A DNA stretch of 64,000 nt from Candidatus Multivorans sp. Its GTDB lineage: Bacteria; Acidobacteriota; Thermoanaerobaculia; Multivoradales; Multivoraceae. Position 1 is the stretch's first letter, and each line of letters starts with the position of its first letter. The notes beneath the pieces were generated by a model. The model did not search any database. It saw only the letters and a list, made by a program, of their open reading frames with translations, and was not told the DNA's origin. Positions 28,056-39,916 of this stretch are shown piece after piece. The stretch covers positions 1,056,001 through 1,120,000 of the forward strand of contig OZ251997.1 in NCBI GenBank assembly GCA_965247095.1, read 5' to 3'. The position numbers were made by a program, and so were the translations under genes.

Positions 28056-29861
28056 TCAGCGGGCGGAATCGTTGATCCGCGGCAGCTCGATGTCCCGGAC
28101 CAGATAGCTGCTGCGCCCCGACGCTTCGTCCCGGACGCCGACCGCGACCGCGAAAGTGCCGGGTGGCAGATCGACGTTGACGACCACGACAGCGTTCCCA
28201 TCCGGCGGCGGCAGTTGAGCCTCGCTCAAGGTGAGCGTCTTCTGGCGCATCGGCGTGCGGTCGCCGTCCTCGTTCTCGGCCACCAGGAAGATCCTTACGG
28301 CGCCCGCCCGGCCGGACGGACCGGGCAGGAGAGTCACTTCGGAGAACGGCACGTGGACCTCCACCGGCAGCGTGAACTGCTTTGAGCCGACCGCCGCCTC
28401 CATCTCGCCGAACGTCACGTCGATGGCCAGGGGATTGCTCTGCTCGTTGAGCTTCAGGGCGGCAAACAACCGGTCAGCCAGCCGCTGCTCCTCGGACTTG
28501 AGGATGTAGGAACGGCGGTAGCGCAACCGCCAACCCTTTCTGGGTTGTTTCAGCCGGACATCGATCTGCCTGATGGGGTGACGGCGCTCGGGCAGTGCGG
28601 CGTAGCCCAGCGAATAGTAGGAACCGAAGTCGGCGGCGATTTCCTCCAGGGACGCCGCCGGGTGCGCCTGGTTGAACACGGCCCGGCCGCCGGTCTCATC
28701 GGCCAGCAAGCTCAGGGTCGCCTGCAGGTTGTCAACCCTGAGGCGATCGTTCTGGCTACTGGGAACGAGAACGGTGGAAAGGCGCAGGCCTCCGGCGCCG
28801 CCGCCGTCCGCGGCGCCGATCGGGCCCGAGAGACTCGGGTCCACCGAAGAGGATGCGCGAATGCCGCCGGCGTCCACCGGATAGATGGTGACCCGGTTCG
28901 CGTTGCTGAACGCGCTGAGGCGATTGAATCGCGTCGTGTCATCCCATTCGCGCTCCAGTGCATCGGTTTCCGACTGCCGTTCGGGGCATACCTCGCCCAG
29001 GTAGTGGTACAGCTCTGCCCCCGGCCGCTGAGGCAGGCCGTCACTGACATAGATCAGCGCTTTCGGCCCCGGCAAGCCGCCGAGAGCCGTGATCAGCTCG
29101 GCGAGAGCGGACGCCGAAACCGCACTCCGGGACTGCATCTCGGCGGCGTAGTGGTTCGCCGAGCCGAGAAAGTTGGGCCACAGGTCCACGCAGGGCACGC
29201 AGCCGGGAGCGAGGGGGCTTGCCGTCGGCTGAGCGCACGCCTCGTAGCCGCGGCGCACCTCACGGACGATCTGCCCCCGAAGCAACTGGTCGTCATGGGC
29301 GGGAGAACGCGGTTCCGAACGGAGTTCTTCCAGGGCGCCGAGGAGTTCTCGCGGATCGGTCGTGAACGGCACGCGAATGTTCAGCTCCGGGTCGGCCGTA
29401 GCGAGAAGAAACCGGATACCCCGACTCTGATCGCCGCGACCGCTCAGGAAGGACGCCAGGTCACCGTCGATGCGGAGCAGGTTGCCGTGAGTGGTTCGGT
29501 AGCGGTCCACATGGAGCGCCACCATCAGGGGGGCCTCGGCGTCGGTCAGCTCTTCCAGTTCGTCTCCCTCGGTCCACTCGAGGCCGTCACGCGTCGCGGC
29601 GCTCAGGAAGTTCGTGACTTCCACCTGCTCGCCTTCCTCGTAGACCTCGAAGTCGGCGGCCGTGAGGTCCGCTATCGGTTCCCCCCGGCGGTTCGTCACG
29701 TGAACGTCGATGTTCACGACATTGACTGTCACCTGGTCGACGACCGTCGCCGCCGGCGAGTCCGGGCTCTCCGGCTGCTGTGGGGGGACTTGAGAGACGG
29801 CCAGCGCTGGAACCGCTACGAAGACGGCCGTCAGCAGAAACGCGCGGCGGTGTGAAGCCAT
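28056..29861 (-). CDS. Acidobacterial-type VWA domain protein
   Basis: VNVVNIDVHVT-x-RGEPIADLTAADFEVYE, PGPKALIYVSDG, LADETGGRA, YYSLGY. Confidence 0.85.
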   Translation of the reverse strand: MASHRRAFLLTAVFVAVPALAVSQVPPQQPESPDSPAATVVDQVTVNVVNIDVHVTNRRGEPIADLTAADFEVYEEGEQVEVTNFLSAATRDGLEWTEGDELEELTDAEAPLMVALHVDRYRTTHGNLLRIDGDLASFLSGRGDQSRGIRFLLATADPELNIRVPFTTDPRELLGALEELRSEPRSPAHDDQLLRGQIVREVRRGYEACAQPTASPLAPGCVPCVDLWPNFLGSANHYAAEMQSRSAVSASALAELITALGGLPGPKALIYVSDGLPQRPGAELYHYLGEVCPERQSETDALEREWDDTTRFNRLSAFSNANRVTIYPVDAGGIRASSSVDPSLSGPIGAADGGGAGGLRLSTVLVPSSQNDRLRVDNLQATLSLLADETGGRAVFNQAHPAASLEEIAADFGSYYSLGYAALPERRHPIRQIDVRLKQPRKGWRLRYRRSYILKSEEQRLADRLFAALKLNEQSNPLAIDVTFGEMEAAVGSKQFTLPVEVHVPFSEVTLLPGPSGRAGAVRIFLVAENEDGDRTPMRQKTLTLSEAQLPPPDGNAVVVVNVDLPPGTFAVAVGVRDEASGRSSYLVRDIELPRINDSAR

Positions 29862-29867
29862 GCCTTC

Positions 29868-29875
29868 ACTATACT
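29868..29875. promoter_or_regulatory. Overlapping bidirectional -10 elements (TATACT + / TATAGT -)
   Basis: Each hexamer lies 6 nt from a divergent ATG (29882 +, 29861 -). Confidence 0.65.
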
Positions 29876-29881
29876 GACGCG

Positions 29882-30769
29882 ATGTTCCGGGCGGGCTTGA
29901 GCGCCACGAATCAGGTGCTCCCTGCCGCGGCGGGGGCGTTCCTGACCGTCTGCCTTGGCGTCGGCCTCGCGGCTGCTCCGGCAGCCGCCCAGATATCCCG
30001 CCCCGAACCGGAGTACACGGGGTCGGACCGGATCGAGGAGTGGTCCGGCCGCCGCGTCCTCGTCGTCACCCCGCATCCGGACGACGAGACCTTCACTTCG
30101 GGCGGCACGCTGGCGCTCCTGACGGCAAACGGGAACGACGTCCAGGTGGTGATCTTCACCACGGACAACGCCGGTTCGCGCGACCCGGAGATGACGAAGG
30201 ACCGATTGAAGGCGATCCGCCGGGCCGAGGAAGAGGAAGCCTGCCGCATTCTCGGTATCCCGAAGGAGAACATCCACTGGCTCGGACACGACGACGGAAT
30301 GCTGGAGTACGTGGACCGGCGGGAACTGACCCGGCAGGTGGCGCGGGAGATCCGGCGGTTCAAGCCCCACGCCCTGTTCTCGGTGGATCCCGGATCGCCC
30401 TACGAGCAGTACCACAAATCGGACCACCGCTCGGGGGCGATCATCACCGTGGACGCGATCCGGGCCGCGCGCTGGCGCCTGTACTTCCCGGAGCTCGAGG
30501 CGGAGGGCCTCGAGGCCTGGAGCGTGCCGCTCGTGTTCTTCTACTACAGCGCGAGCCCGAACTACACGGTCGACATCACCGACGTGGCGGAGAAGAAGGC
30601 GCGCTCGTCGGCGGCCCATATCAGCCAGTTCGGCGCCCTGGTCGATCACTACGATCCCGGGATCGTCGACGAGCAACGGAAGGAATGGGCCGCGAGGCTC
30701 CTGGCGCGGGTCGAGCGCGACGGCGACGGCCGGGTGGTGGAACGCTTCAGGCGTTCCGGGGCCTACTGA
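29882..30769 (+). CDS. PIG-L/LmbE family deacetylase with signal peptide
   Basis: TPHPDDE, IRRAEEEEACRILG, HKSDH. Confidence 0.9.
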   Translation: MFRAGLSATNQVLPAAAGAFLTVCLGVGLAAAPAAAQISRPEPEYTGSDRIEEWSGRRVLVVTPHPDDETFTSGGTLALLTANGNDVQVVIFTTDNAGSRDPEMTKDRLKAIRRAEEEEACRILGIPKENIHWLGHDDGMLEYVDRRELTRQVAREIRRFKPHALFSVDPGSPYEQYHKSDHRSGAIITVDAIRAARWRLYFPELEAEGLEAWSVPLVFFYYSASPNYTVDITDVAEKKARSSAAHISQFGALVDHYDPGIVDEQRKEWAARLLARVERDGDGRVVERFRRSGAY

Positions 30770-31843
30770 GTGCCGGCCGCGGGACCGGCTTCGAGCCGGG
30801 ACCTGCCGGCGCTGGCGCTGAGCGTTCTGGACCAGTGTCCGGTGCGCGCCGGCGTCACCGCAGCAGACGCGATCCGGGAGGCTGTGAAACTGGCGCAGGC
30901 CGTGGACCGACTCGGCTACAGGCGCTACTGGCTGGCGGAACACCACAACTCGGAATCCCTCGCCTGCGCCGCTCCCGAAGCCCTGATCGGGCAGGTCGCC
31001 GCCGCGACGAAGAGGATGCGGGTCGGTTCCGGCGGCGTGATGCTGAGCCACTACAGCGCACTCAAGGTGGCCGAAGTGTTCCGGATGCTGGAGACCCTGT
31101 ACCCCGGGCGAATCGACCTGGGCGTAGGCCGGGCGCCGGGTTCGGACCGCTTGACCGCCAGGATCCTTGCGCACGGCCCGGGCCGACTGGGTGTCCAGCA
31201 CTACCCGGAGCAGGTCGCCGACCTGCTCGGGTACCTGGGCCGTGGCCACGAGGACGAGCGCCTGAACGGAGTCCGCGCCATGCCCCAGGGCCACACGCAG
31301 CCGGATGTGTGGCTGCTCGGCTCCAGTCTCGGTTCGGCCCGCTTCGCCGCCTGGTTCGGCTGTCCCTACAGCTTCGCCCACTTCATTCAGCCCGGGGACG
31401 CCGAAGCCGCGCTCGACCTCTACCGGAGCGAGTACCGGCCCTCCGAGCGTCATCCCGAACCGCAGGCAAGCGTCGGCGTCAGCGCGATGGTCGCTGAGAC
31501 GGAGGAGGAGGCGCGCCGGCAGTCGCTCAGCCGCTTTCTGTGGTGGATCCGTTTGACGCAGGGGCGTCCGGGGCCCTTTCCGAGCCTGGAGGAGGCCGAA
31601 GCGTACGAGTTCACGGATCGGGACCGGGTTGTCATGGAGAGGATGCAGGCCCGCAGTCTGATCGGTTCGCCGGATGCCGTGCGGACACGGGCGCAGGAAC
31701 TCGCCGGCCGCCTGGGGGTGGAGGAGCTCGTCGTGCTGACGATCTGCCCCAGTTTCGAGGCCCGCGTCCGTTCGTACGAGCTGCTGGCCGGGGCGATCGG
31801 GCTGAGGGCTACTTCGGTTGACAGCCGCGCCCCTGAAGCCTGA
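30770..31843 (+). CDS. LLM-class flavin-dependent oxidoreductase (luciferase-like)
   Basis: LSVLDQ, YWLAEHH, RVGSGGVML, GRIDLGVGRAPG, WLLGSS. Confidence 0.92.
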   Translation: MPAAGPASSRDLPALALSVLDQCPVRAGVTAADAIREAVKLAQAVDRLGYRRYWLAEHHNSESLACAAPEALIGQVAAATKRMRVGSGGVMLSHYSALKVAEVFRMLETLYPGRIDLGVGRAPGSDRLTARILAHGPGRLGVQHYPEQVADLLGYLGRGHEDERLNGVRAMPQGHTQPDVWLLGSSLGSARFAAWFGCPYSFAHFIQPGDAEAALDLYRSEYRPSERHPEPQASVGVSAMVAETEEEARRQSLSRFLWWIRLTQGRPGPFPSLEEAEAYEFTDRDRVVMERMQARSLIGSPDAVRTRAQELAGRLGVEELVVLTICPSFEARVRSYELLAGAIGLRATSVDSRAPEA

Positions 31844-31859
31844 GGATCCACGACGGCGC

Positions 31860-31934
31860 GGCGAGAATGGACTGTGACAGGCGAGAATGGTCCGTGACAG
31901 GCGAGAACGGACTGTGGCTCGGCGAGAATGGACT
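31860..31934. repeat. 20-bp tandem repeat, about 3.7 copies (GGCGAGAATGGACTGTGACA)
   Basis: Units at 31860, 31880, 31900, 31921; no spacers. Confidence 0.9.
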
Positions 31935-31966
31935 CGCGATGTTCGAGTCCGCGGAGGTGTGCGACG

Positions 31967-33502
<1,536 letters not shown>

Positions 33503-33586
33503 ACCTCAAGACCCAAGGGAGGAGACGCCCGAGCGATACCGCGGTGTGCTGCACAAGTCGTTGTTTCTCAGTAAGATACGGCTCTC

Positions 33587-35395
33587 ATGACGAAAACTCG
33601 TAGTAGCGCACTCTGGATACCTGCGCTGGTCTGCGGCGCGCTCGCAACACTCGCGGCGTCCGGGGCCCATGCCCAGGAGCGCTACCACCCCGCGATCGAC
33701 CCGGAGCTCTTCCCGGTGCCGGAGAGCCTGGAGGCGGCGGTGGAGTTCTGGCAGAAGGTGTTCACCGCCTACACCAGCGACCAGGTCGTCCTCCACGACG
33801 AGAGGCGCCTGGAGGTCATCTACAGCGTCGTCGACATGAGCGACCTGCGCATCCAGGGCGCGTCGGAGCTCCAGATCGACCGCGCCCGGATCAGGCGCGT
33901 CCGCGCCGAGATGAGCCGCATCTCCAAGGCCCTCCGGGATCTTGCGGCGGGACGGCCGGTGATGAACCTGCCGGCGGATCTGCGGTCCATACCCACCCGG
34001 ATGGAGCATGTGGCGGGCGGCAGGTCGAAGTACCGGCGGGCCGCGGGAATGGTCCGCGACCAGCGGGGGCTGCGCAACCGTTTCGAGGAGGCGATCGAGA
34101 TCTCGGGCATGTTCATGCCCGGCATCGAGCGAACGCTCGCGGAGTACGGCCTGCCGATGGAACTCCGTTGCCTGCCGTTCGTGGAGTCGATGTTCAACTA
34201 CCGGGCACGCTCGAAGGTCGGAGCTTCCGGTGCGTGGCAGTTCACCGCCTCGACCGGCCGGTTCTTCCTGCAGATGGACGAGGCGGTCGACGCGCGGTCG
34301 GACGTGCTCCTGGCCGCTGCCGGCGCGGCGCGCAAGTTGCGGCAGGACTACGAGTCGCTCGAGGCTTGGCCTCTGGCGTTGACTGCCTACAACCACGGCG
34401 CCGGCGGTATGACGCGGGCCGTGCGCCGGCTGGGGACGCGGGATATTGCGGTGGTGGTGGAGAAGTACAAGTCGCGGACCTTCGGCTTCGCCTCGCGCAA
34501 CTTCTACGCCGAGTTCATCGCGGCGGTGATTTCCTACGTCGAGCGTGAACGTCACTTCCCGAACGTCGAGCCGTTCCCCGAGATCCGATTCGATGTCGTC
34601 AACCGGGATCGGTACGTGGCCCTGACCGATCTGGCCGCGGCGACCGGCGTTGCGATCGACGCGCTCGCGGAACTCAATCCCGCGCTGGACCGGACCGTGC
34701 TGGCGGGCTCTCTCCTGGTGCCGCCGCGCTACCCGCTTCGGGTGCCGCAGGGCATGGCCGCGCAGTTCGAGCAGGCGTATGCCGAACTGCCGCCGGATCA
34801 TAAGGCCGACCGTCAGGCCGCATTCGGATACAGCGTTCGTCGGGGCGACACGTTGGGTGGGATCGCGCGCCGATTCGGCGCCAGCGTGGCGGAGCTCCAG
34901 CGCGCAAATCGCCTGCCGAGGGCGGACCGCATCTACATAGGCCAGCGGCTGCGAATTCCGCAGCGCGGTGCGGGGCCCGCGGCGCCGCGACCGGTCCGCC
35001 GGGCCGCGCTCGATCCGTCTGGTACGAACGAACCGGCGCGGACTGCGACGCCTTCGGCCCCCCAGGTGGCAAATAGAGGGGAGCAGCCGTCCGGGGACAC
35101 CGTCCACGTCGTCAGGAAGGGTGAATCTCTGCACCGTATCGCCAGGAAATACGGTACCTCCGTCAAGGTCCTGGCGGCGGCGAACAACCTGCGGCGGCCC
35201 GAACTGATTCACGCCGGCCAGCGCCTGGTGATTCCGCTGGACGGTGAGGAGATGTTCTACCGGGTCCGGCGGGGCGACACCCTGAGTCAGTTGGCGCGCA
35301 CGTTCCGGACCTCAGCCGCCAGGATCCGCCAGACCAACGGGCTGCGCGGCAACCTGATCGTCATCGGGCAGACGCTTCGCATACCGACAGGATGA
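33587..35395 (+). CDS. Lytic transglycosylase (MltD-like) with three LysM domains
   Basis: LPFVES, ASGAWQF, AYNHG; YSVRRGDTL, HVVRKGESL, YRVRRGDTL. Confidence 0.92.
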   Translation: MTKTRSSALWIPALVCGALATLAASGAHAQERYHPAIDPELFPVPESLEAAVEFWQKVFTAYTSDQVVLHDERRLEVIYSVVDMSDLRIQGASELQIDRARIRRVRAEMSRISKALRDLAAGRPVMNLPADLRSIPTRMEHVAGGRSKYRRAAGMVRDQRGLRNRFEEAIEISGMFMPGIERTLAEYGLPMELRCLPFVESMFNYRARSKVGASGAWQFTASTGRFFLQMDEAVDARSDVLLAAAGAARKLRQDYESLEAWPLALTAYNHGAGGMTRAVRRLGTRDIAVVVEKYKSRTFGFASRNFYAEFIAAVISYVERERHFPNVEPFPEIRFDVVNRDRYVALTDLAAATGVAIDALAELNPALDRTVLAGSLLVPPRYPLRVPQGMAAQFEQAYAELPPDHKADRQAAFGYSVRRGDTLGGIARRFGASVAELQRANRLPRADRIYIGQRLRIPQRGAGPAAPRPVRRAALDPSGTNEPARTATPSAPQVANRGEQPSGDTVHVVRKGESLHRIARKYGTSVKVLAAANNLRRPELIHAGQRLVIPLDGEEMFYRVRRGDTLSQLARTFRTSAARIRQTNGLRGNLIVIGQTLRIPTG

Positions 35396-37127
35396 TTCTC
35401 CGGTCGGGCCGTTCGAGGCGTTTGGCGGCGCTCGCGGCGGTCACGGGATTCTTCCTTGCCGGCTGTGGTGACGAGGCAGGGCGGGCGGCGGATCTGGTTC
35501 TCCTGGGTGGCCGTCTGGTCACCCTGAGCGAAGACGTTGAGCGAGCTCCCGCCGAGGCGGAAGCGCTTGCCGCGGTGGATGGCCACATCGTGTTCGTCGG
35601 CGCCGACGAGACGGCCAGGAGTTGGGTCGGCCCGGATACGGAGGTGCTCGACCTGGAGGGCCGTCTGGCGGTGCCGGGTCTGATCGAGGGGCACGGACAC
35701 TTCTGGGGTCTCGGCGAATCGAAGCTCCAGTTGGCGCTCGAGTCCGCGTCATCCTGGGACGAGATCGTCGCCCAGGTGGCGGCCGCGGTCGAAGGAACCC
35801 CACCGGGCGCCTGGATCCTGGGGCGTGGCTGGCATCAATCCAAGTGGTCGGAACCGCCTGTTGCGAGTGTGCAGGGACTACCTGTTCATGCCGGCCTGAG
35901 CGCGGCGTCGCCAGAGAATCCCGTGCTCCTGACCCACGCGAGCGGCCACATGGCCTTCGTCAACGCACGGGCCATGGCGCTCGCCGGAATCGACGAGGCA
36001 ACCCCGGACCCGGACGGTGGCGAGATCGTGCGCGACAGAGCGGGGCAGCCGACCGGCGCGCTCAGAGAGACGGCGGAGAACCTGGTGGCGGGCCTGCGCG
36101 GCGAGACGCTGGAGTGGAACCACGTCCGGCGCGTGGTGCGCATCGCGGCTGAGGAATGTCTCGCCAAGGGCATCACCAGCTTTCAGGACGCCGGCTCAAG
36201 TTTTGAGCTGATCGACATCTATCGACAGATGGCGGACGAGGGGTCCCTTCCGCTGCGTCTGTGGGTGATGGTGGGGGAGGGCAACGAATCCCTGGCCGAG
36301 TCCCTGAGCCGGTACCGAATGATCGACCGCGGAGACGGCTTTCTGACCGTACGGGCCATCAAGCGATCCATCGACGGCGCCCTGGGTTCGCACGGCGCCT
36401 GGCTGCTTGCGCCCTACGAGGATCTGCCGCAATCCAGCGGTCTGAACACGACGAGCCTTGAAGCCATGGAGGAGACGGCACGGCTGGCGCGGGAGCACGA
36501 CTTCCAGCTCTGCGTCCACGCCATCGGCGACCGGGCGAACCGCGAGACACTCGACCTGTTCGAACGGGCGCTTGCCGGCGACCGGGACCAACGCTGGCGG
36601 ATCGAACATGCCCAGCACCTGCACCCGGACGATGTTCCACGCTTCGCCGGGCTCGGCGTCATCGCCTCGATGCAGGCGGTTCACTGCACATCCGACGGAC
36701 CCTGGGTGCCGGACCGGCTCGGGGAGGAACGCGCGGCCGAAGGCGCCTACGTGTGGCGAAGTTGATCGACTCCGGCGCCGTGGTGACCAACGGCACGGAC
36801 GCCCCGGTCGAGGATGTCGATCCGATCGCGTCCTTTTATGCCGCGGTCAGCCGCCGGATGGGGAACGGCGAGGTGTTCGAGCCAGACCAGCGGATGACCC
36901 GGGAAGAGGCGCTCCGTTCGTACACACTCGACGCGGCCTATTCGGCCTTCGAGGAAGATCGGAAGGGCAGCCTGGAGGTCGGCAAGCTCGCGGACGTGAC
37001 GGTTCTCTCCCGCGACATCATGACCGTGCCCGAGGAGGAGATTCCCGGTACCGAGGTCGTCTACACGATCGTAGGCGGCCGGGTGGCTTACCGCCATCCG
37101 TCGGCTTCGACTTCAGGCGACGGATGA
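35392..37127 (+). pseudogene. YtcJ-like amidohydrolase (amidohydro_3), frameshifted near 36760 (real or sequencing error)
   Basis: PGLIEGHGH, DGALGS, HAIGDRA, RIEHAQH in ORF1; GTDAPVE, KGSLEVGKLAD, TIVGGRVAY in ORF2. Confidence 0.8.
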
Positions 37128-37705
37128 GCCCTCGCAGGGCGGGTTCGGCGGTTCGCTCGGGTGAAGTGAAGTTGCTGGGCGGCCGCTGGCGGGGCCGCCG
37201 TCTCGCGACGCCGGCGGGCATTCGCCCCAGCCAGGCCCGGGTGCGCGAAGCGCTGTTCTCCCACTGGGGCGATCGCGTCCTCTGCTGCCGCTTCCTGGAG
37301 CTCTACGCGGGCTCCGGCTGCGTCTCGCTGGAGGCGTTGTCCCGGGGCGCCGGGTCGGCCCTCGCCGTCGATTGGGATCGAGGCGCCTTGGAGTGCATGG
37401 AAGGGAACCGGGAGCGCCTGGGCGCCGATGCGCTGCGCCTGGCCCGAGCGCGCCTTCCCGAGCGTCTGGGCGCCGCCACAGGCGGAGAGGCCGCCTTCGA
37501 CCTGGCCTTCATCGACCCGCCGTACGACGCGCCAGGGCTCGACGACCTCCTGGCCGCCGTTGCCGGGTTGATCGGGGACGGCGGGGAAGTCGTGCTGGAG
37601 CACTCGAGCCGGCGACGCCCGCCCGCGAGTGCGGGCCGACTCCGGCTCACTGGCGAGAGGCGCTACGGCGACAGCGCCCTGGCCTTCTACATCGCTAGCG
37701 GCTAA
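37124..37705 (+). CDS. rsmD: 16S rRNA m2G966 methyltransferase
   Basis: GGRWRGRRL, RVREALF, LYAGSG, EALSRGA, DPPY, RRYGDS. Confidence 0.92.
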   Translation: MSPRRAGSAVRSGEVKLLGGRWRGRRLATPAGIRPSQARVREALFSHWGDRVLCCRFLELYAGSGCVSLEALSRGAGSALAVDWDRGALECMEGNRERLGADALRLARARLPERLGAATGGEAAFDLAFIDPPYDAPGLDDLLAAVAGLIGDGGEVVLEHSSRRRPPASAGRLRLTGERRYGDSALAFYIASG

Positions 37706-37713
37706 GCGGGACC

Positions 37714-37800
37714 TGGTGCGAAAGGGGGGACTCGAACCCCCACGGTATTGCTACCACAAGATCCTGAATCTTGCGCGTCTACCAATTCCGCCACTTTCGC
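37714..37800 (-). tRNA. tRNA-Leu(CAG)
   Basis: GCGAAAG acceptor stem, CAAGA-TTCAGGA-TCTTG anticodon arm, long variable arm, GTTCGAG T-loop, encoded CCA. Confidence 0.97.
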
Positions 37801-37909
37801 AACGACCCGGAGGCTCCGCCGCTTTCGCGGCGGCCCATGGACCAGGCGGGGATTGTAACCGCATACCGGGGTTGCTGGCAGCCCCTCCACGAACTGCTAG
37901 GCTCGTTCC

Positions 37910-38437
37910 ATGAGCAGATCACTTCATCGGTGTGTGGCTCTCGTCGGCGGGACCTTGCGTGCCGCGCTTCCACTGTTGCTCGCCATCGCGTGTCTCGCAG
38001 GCGTGGCCGGTTGCGCCCAGACCGGGCCGGACGGGGCGAAGGACGAGGATCGGCTGGCGATCGAGGCCGTTCTCACGGACTACCTGCCGAAGCTCGGCGC
38101 TGCCTACGCGAGGGGAGATTTCGAGTCACTCGCTTCCGGGGCCGTACCGAAGGAGGTCGAGACGGTCAGAAGGCGGGTCTACGAGCTGGAAACGGGGGAG
38201 AGCCGTACTCTGCAACCGACGCTCAAGAGCTTCGAGATCGAGCGGATCGATGTCTGGCGCTACTCCAACGCGGTCGTGACCACCCTCGAGGTTTGGGACA
38301 TCCAGTCCCTGGCCAGCGGTACCGAGCAGGTACTCGCGTCGGCTATCGATCGCTACCGTGTGCGCTACCAGTTCAAGCGGCGCGACGAGGGTTGGATGGT
38401 GATCGACCGCCGGATCGAATACCAGTTCGAGTCATAA
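37910..38437 (+). CDS. Hypothetical lipoprotein (possibly NTF2-like fold)
   Basis: Lipobox VAGC; GC3-biased codons; beta-rich C-terminus ending GWMVIDR. Confidence 0.7.
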   Translation: MSRSLHRCVALVGGTLRAALPLLLAIACLAGVAGCAQTGPDGAKDEDRLAIEAVLTDYLPKLGAAYARGDFESLASGAVPKEVETVRRRVYELETGESRTLQPTLKSFEIERIDVWRYSNAVVTTLEVWDIQSLASGTEQVLASAIDRYRVRYQFKRRDEGWMVIDRRIEYQFES

Positions 38438-38453
38438 CGCGGGACTCCCTCTC

Positions 38454-39776
38454 GTGCCAGCCGCGATCGCGATCGTCGGTCGCCCCAACGTCGGCAAGTC
38501 GACACTCTTCAACCGGTTGATCGGCCGCCGGCAGGCGATCGTCCACGGAACGCCCGGCGTGACGCGGGACCGCCTGGTCGGCCGCTTCGAACTCGAAGGT
38601 CGCGGCGTCGTCGAGCTGATTGACACCGGAGGCCTGGTGCCGGGCGACGACCCCCTGGGATTGAACGCCCAGGTCGAGTTCGCGATCGAAGAGAGCGACT
38701 TGCTTCTGCTCGTTGTCGACGGCAGGGACGGGCTGGCCGCGGCCGACGAGCAGGTCATGGAGCGGCTTCGGGGTTACGACCGGCCGATCGTCATTGTCGT
38801 CAACAAGTCGGATACCCGGGCCGCACAGGAGGGATACCAGGAGTTCTACGCTCTGGGCGCCGATGGACTCGTTCTCGTGTCCGCGGAACATGGCACGGGT
38901 CTCGGATCGCTGCACGAAGAGGTCGCCCGGCATCTTGCCTGTGCGGCGCCGGCGCTCGAGCCCGAGGCCTCCGGGGTCGCGGTAGTGGGTCGGCCGAATG
39001 TGGGCAAGTCCTCGTTGATCAACCGGTTGCTGGGCCGGGAACGGACGCTCGTAGCGCCGACTGCCGGAACGACGAGAGATCCGATCGACAGCCTGCTGCA
39101 ACGCGCGGAAGGCCCGGACTACCTGCTCGTGGATACGGCCGGTATTCGCCGCCGTTCCCAGGTCCAGGACGTTCCGGAGGAACTGGCTGTGATGCTCGCC
39201 CAGAGGCAGATCGAGCGTGCCGAACTGGTGGTCCTCGTGGTCGACGTGAGCCATGGGATCACAACCGGTGATCTGGCCATTGCCAATGCAGCCTGGCAGG
39301 CCGGACGCTCGGCCGTCATCGCCTGCAACAAGTGGGATCTCCTGGACGGGGAGGGTCGGGAGCGGCTCGAAGCGGGCTGGGAGCGCGTGGCGGAGGTGTT
39401 CGCCAAGCCGCCTCGCGTCAACGTCTCCGCGTTGACGGGACGGGGCGTGGGCAGCATCCTGCCCGCTCTCGATCGGGTCCGGGAGCGCCACCGGTTGCGG
39501 GTCCCGACCTCCGAACTGAACCGGGTGACGCACCGCATCGTGGCCCGCCACCAGCCGCCCGCAGAACGGGGCAGACCCTGGCGATTCTTCTACGGAGCCC
39601 AGGTGCAAGGGACACCTCCGACGTTTCTGCTGTTCGCGAACCGGCGCCTGAAACGTGGGCACACCTACCGGAAGTACCTCGAAAACCAGCTTCGAGGAGC
39701 GTTCGATCTCGAGGGCGTTCCGCTTCGCATCGTGGTCAGGGAACGGCGCGGCGAAGCCGAGCCGGTACCGGGCTGA
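38454..39776 (+). CDS. der: Ribosome biogenesis GTPase Der
   Basis: Two GRPNVGKS G-domains, DTGG/DTAG, NKSD/NKWD, KH-like tail YLENQLR. Confidence 0.97.
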   Translation: MPAAIAIVGRPNVGKSTLFNRLIGRRQAIVHGTPGVTRDRLVGRFELEGRGVVELIDTGGLVPGDDPLGLNAQVEFAIEESDLLLLVVDGRDGLAAADEQVMERLRGYDRPIVIVVNKSDTRAAQEGYQEFYALGADGLVLVSAEHGTGLGSLHEEVARHLACAAPALEPEASGVAVVGRPNVGKSSLINRLLGRERTLVAPTAGTTRDPIDSLLQRAEGPDYLLVDTAGIRRRSQVQDVPEELAVMLAQRQIERAELVVLVVDVSHGITTGDLAIANAAWQAGRSAVIACNKWDLLDGEGRERLEAGWERVAEVFAKPPRVNVSALTGRGVGSILPALDRVRERHRLRVPTSELNRVTHRIVARHQPPAERGRPWRFFYGAQVQGTPPTFLLFANRRLKRGHTYRKYLENQLRGAFDLEGVPLRIVVRERRGEAEPVPG

Positions 39777-39916
39777 GCGGCGGCCAGGAGACCTGACTTT
39801 GCCGTTTTGGGGTTTCGTATAGTCTCCTACCGCGTTTTCCCTGACTCCAGAGATCCGGGTCGCCGCCGTTCCTTGGCCAACCCGGGGATCATCTGCGGAC
39901 CAGGAGGAGACCGGTC

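Noticed and set aside
31860-31934. Possible CRISPR array
   Set aside because: Repeats are contiguous with no unique spacers; no cas genes in the window
36763-36765. Selenocysteine or readthrough at the amidohydrolase TGA
   Set aside because: The continuation is in a different frame, so readthrough would not restore it
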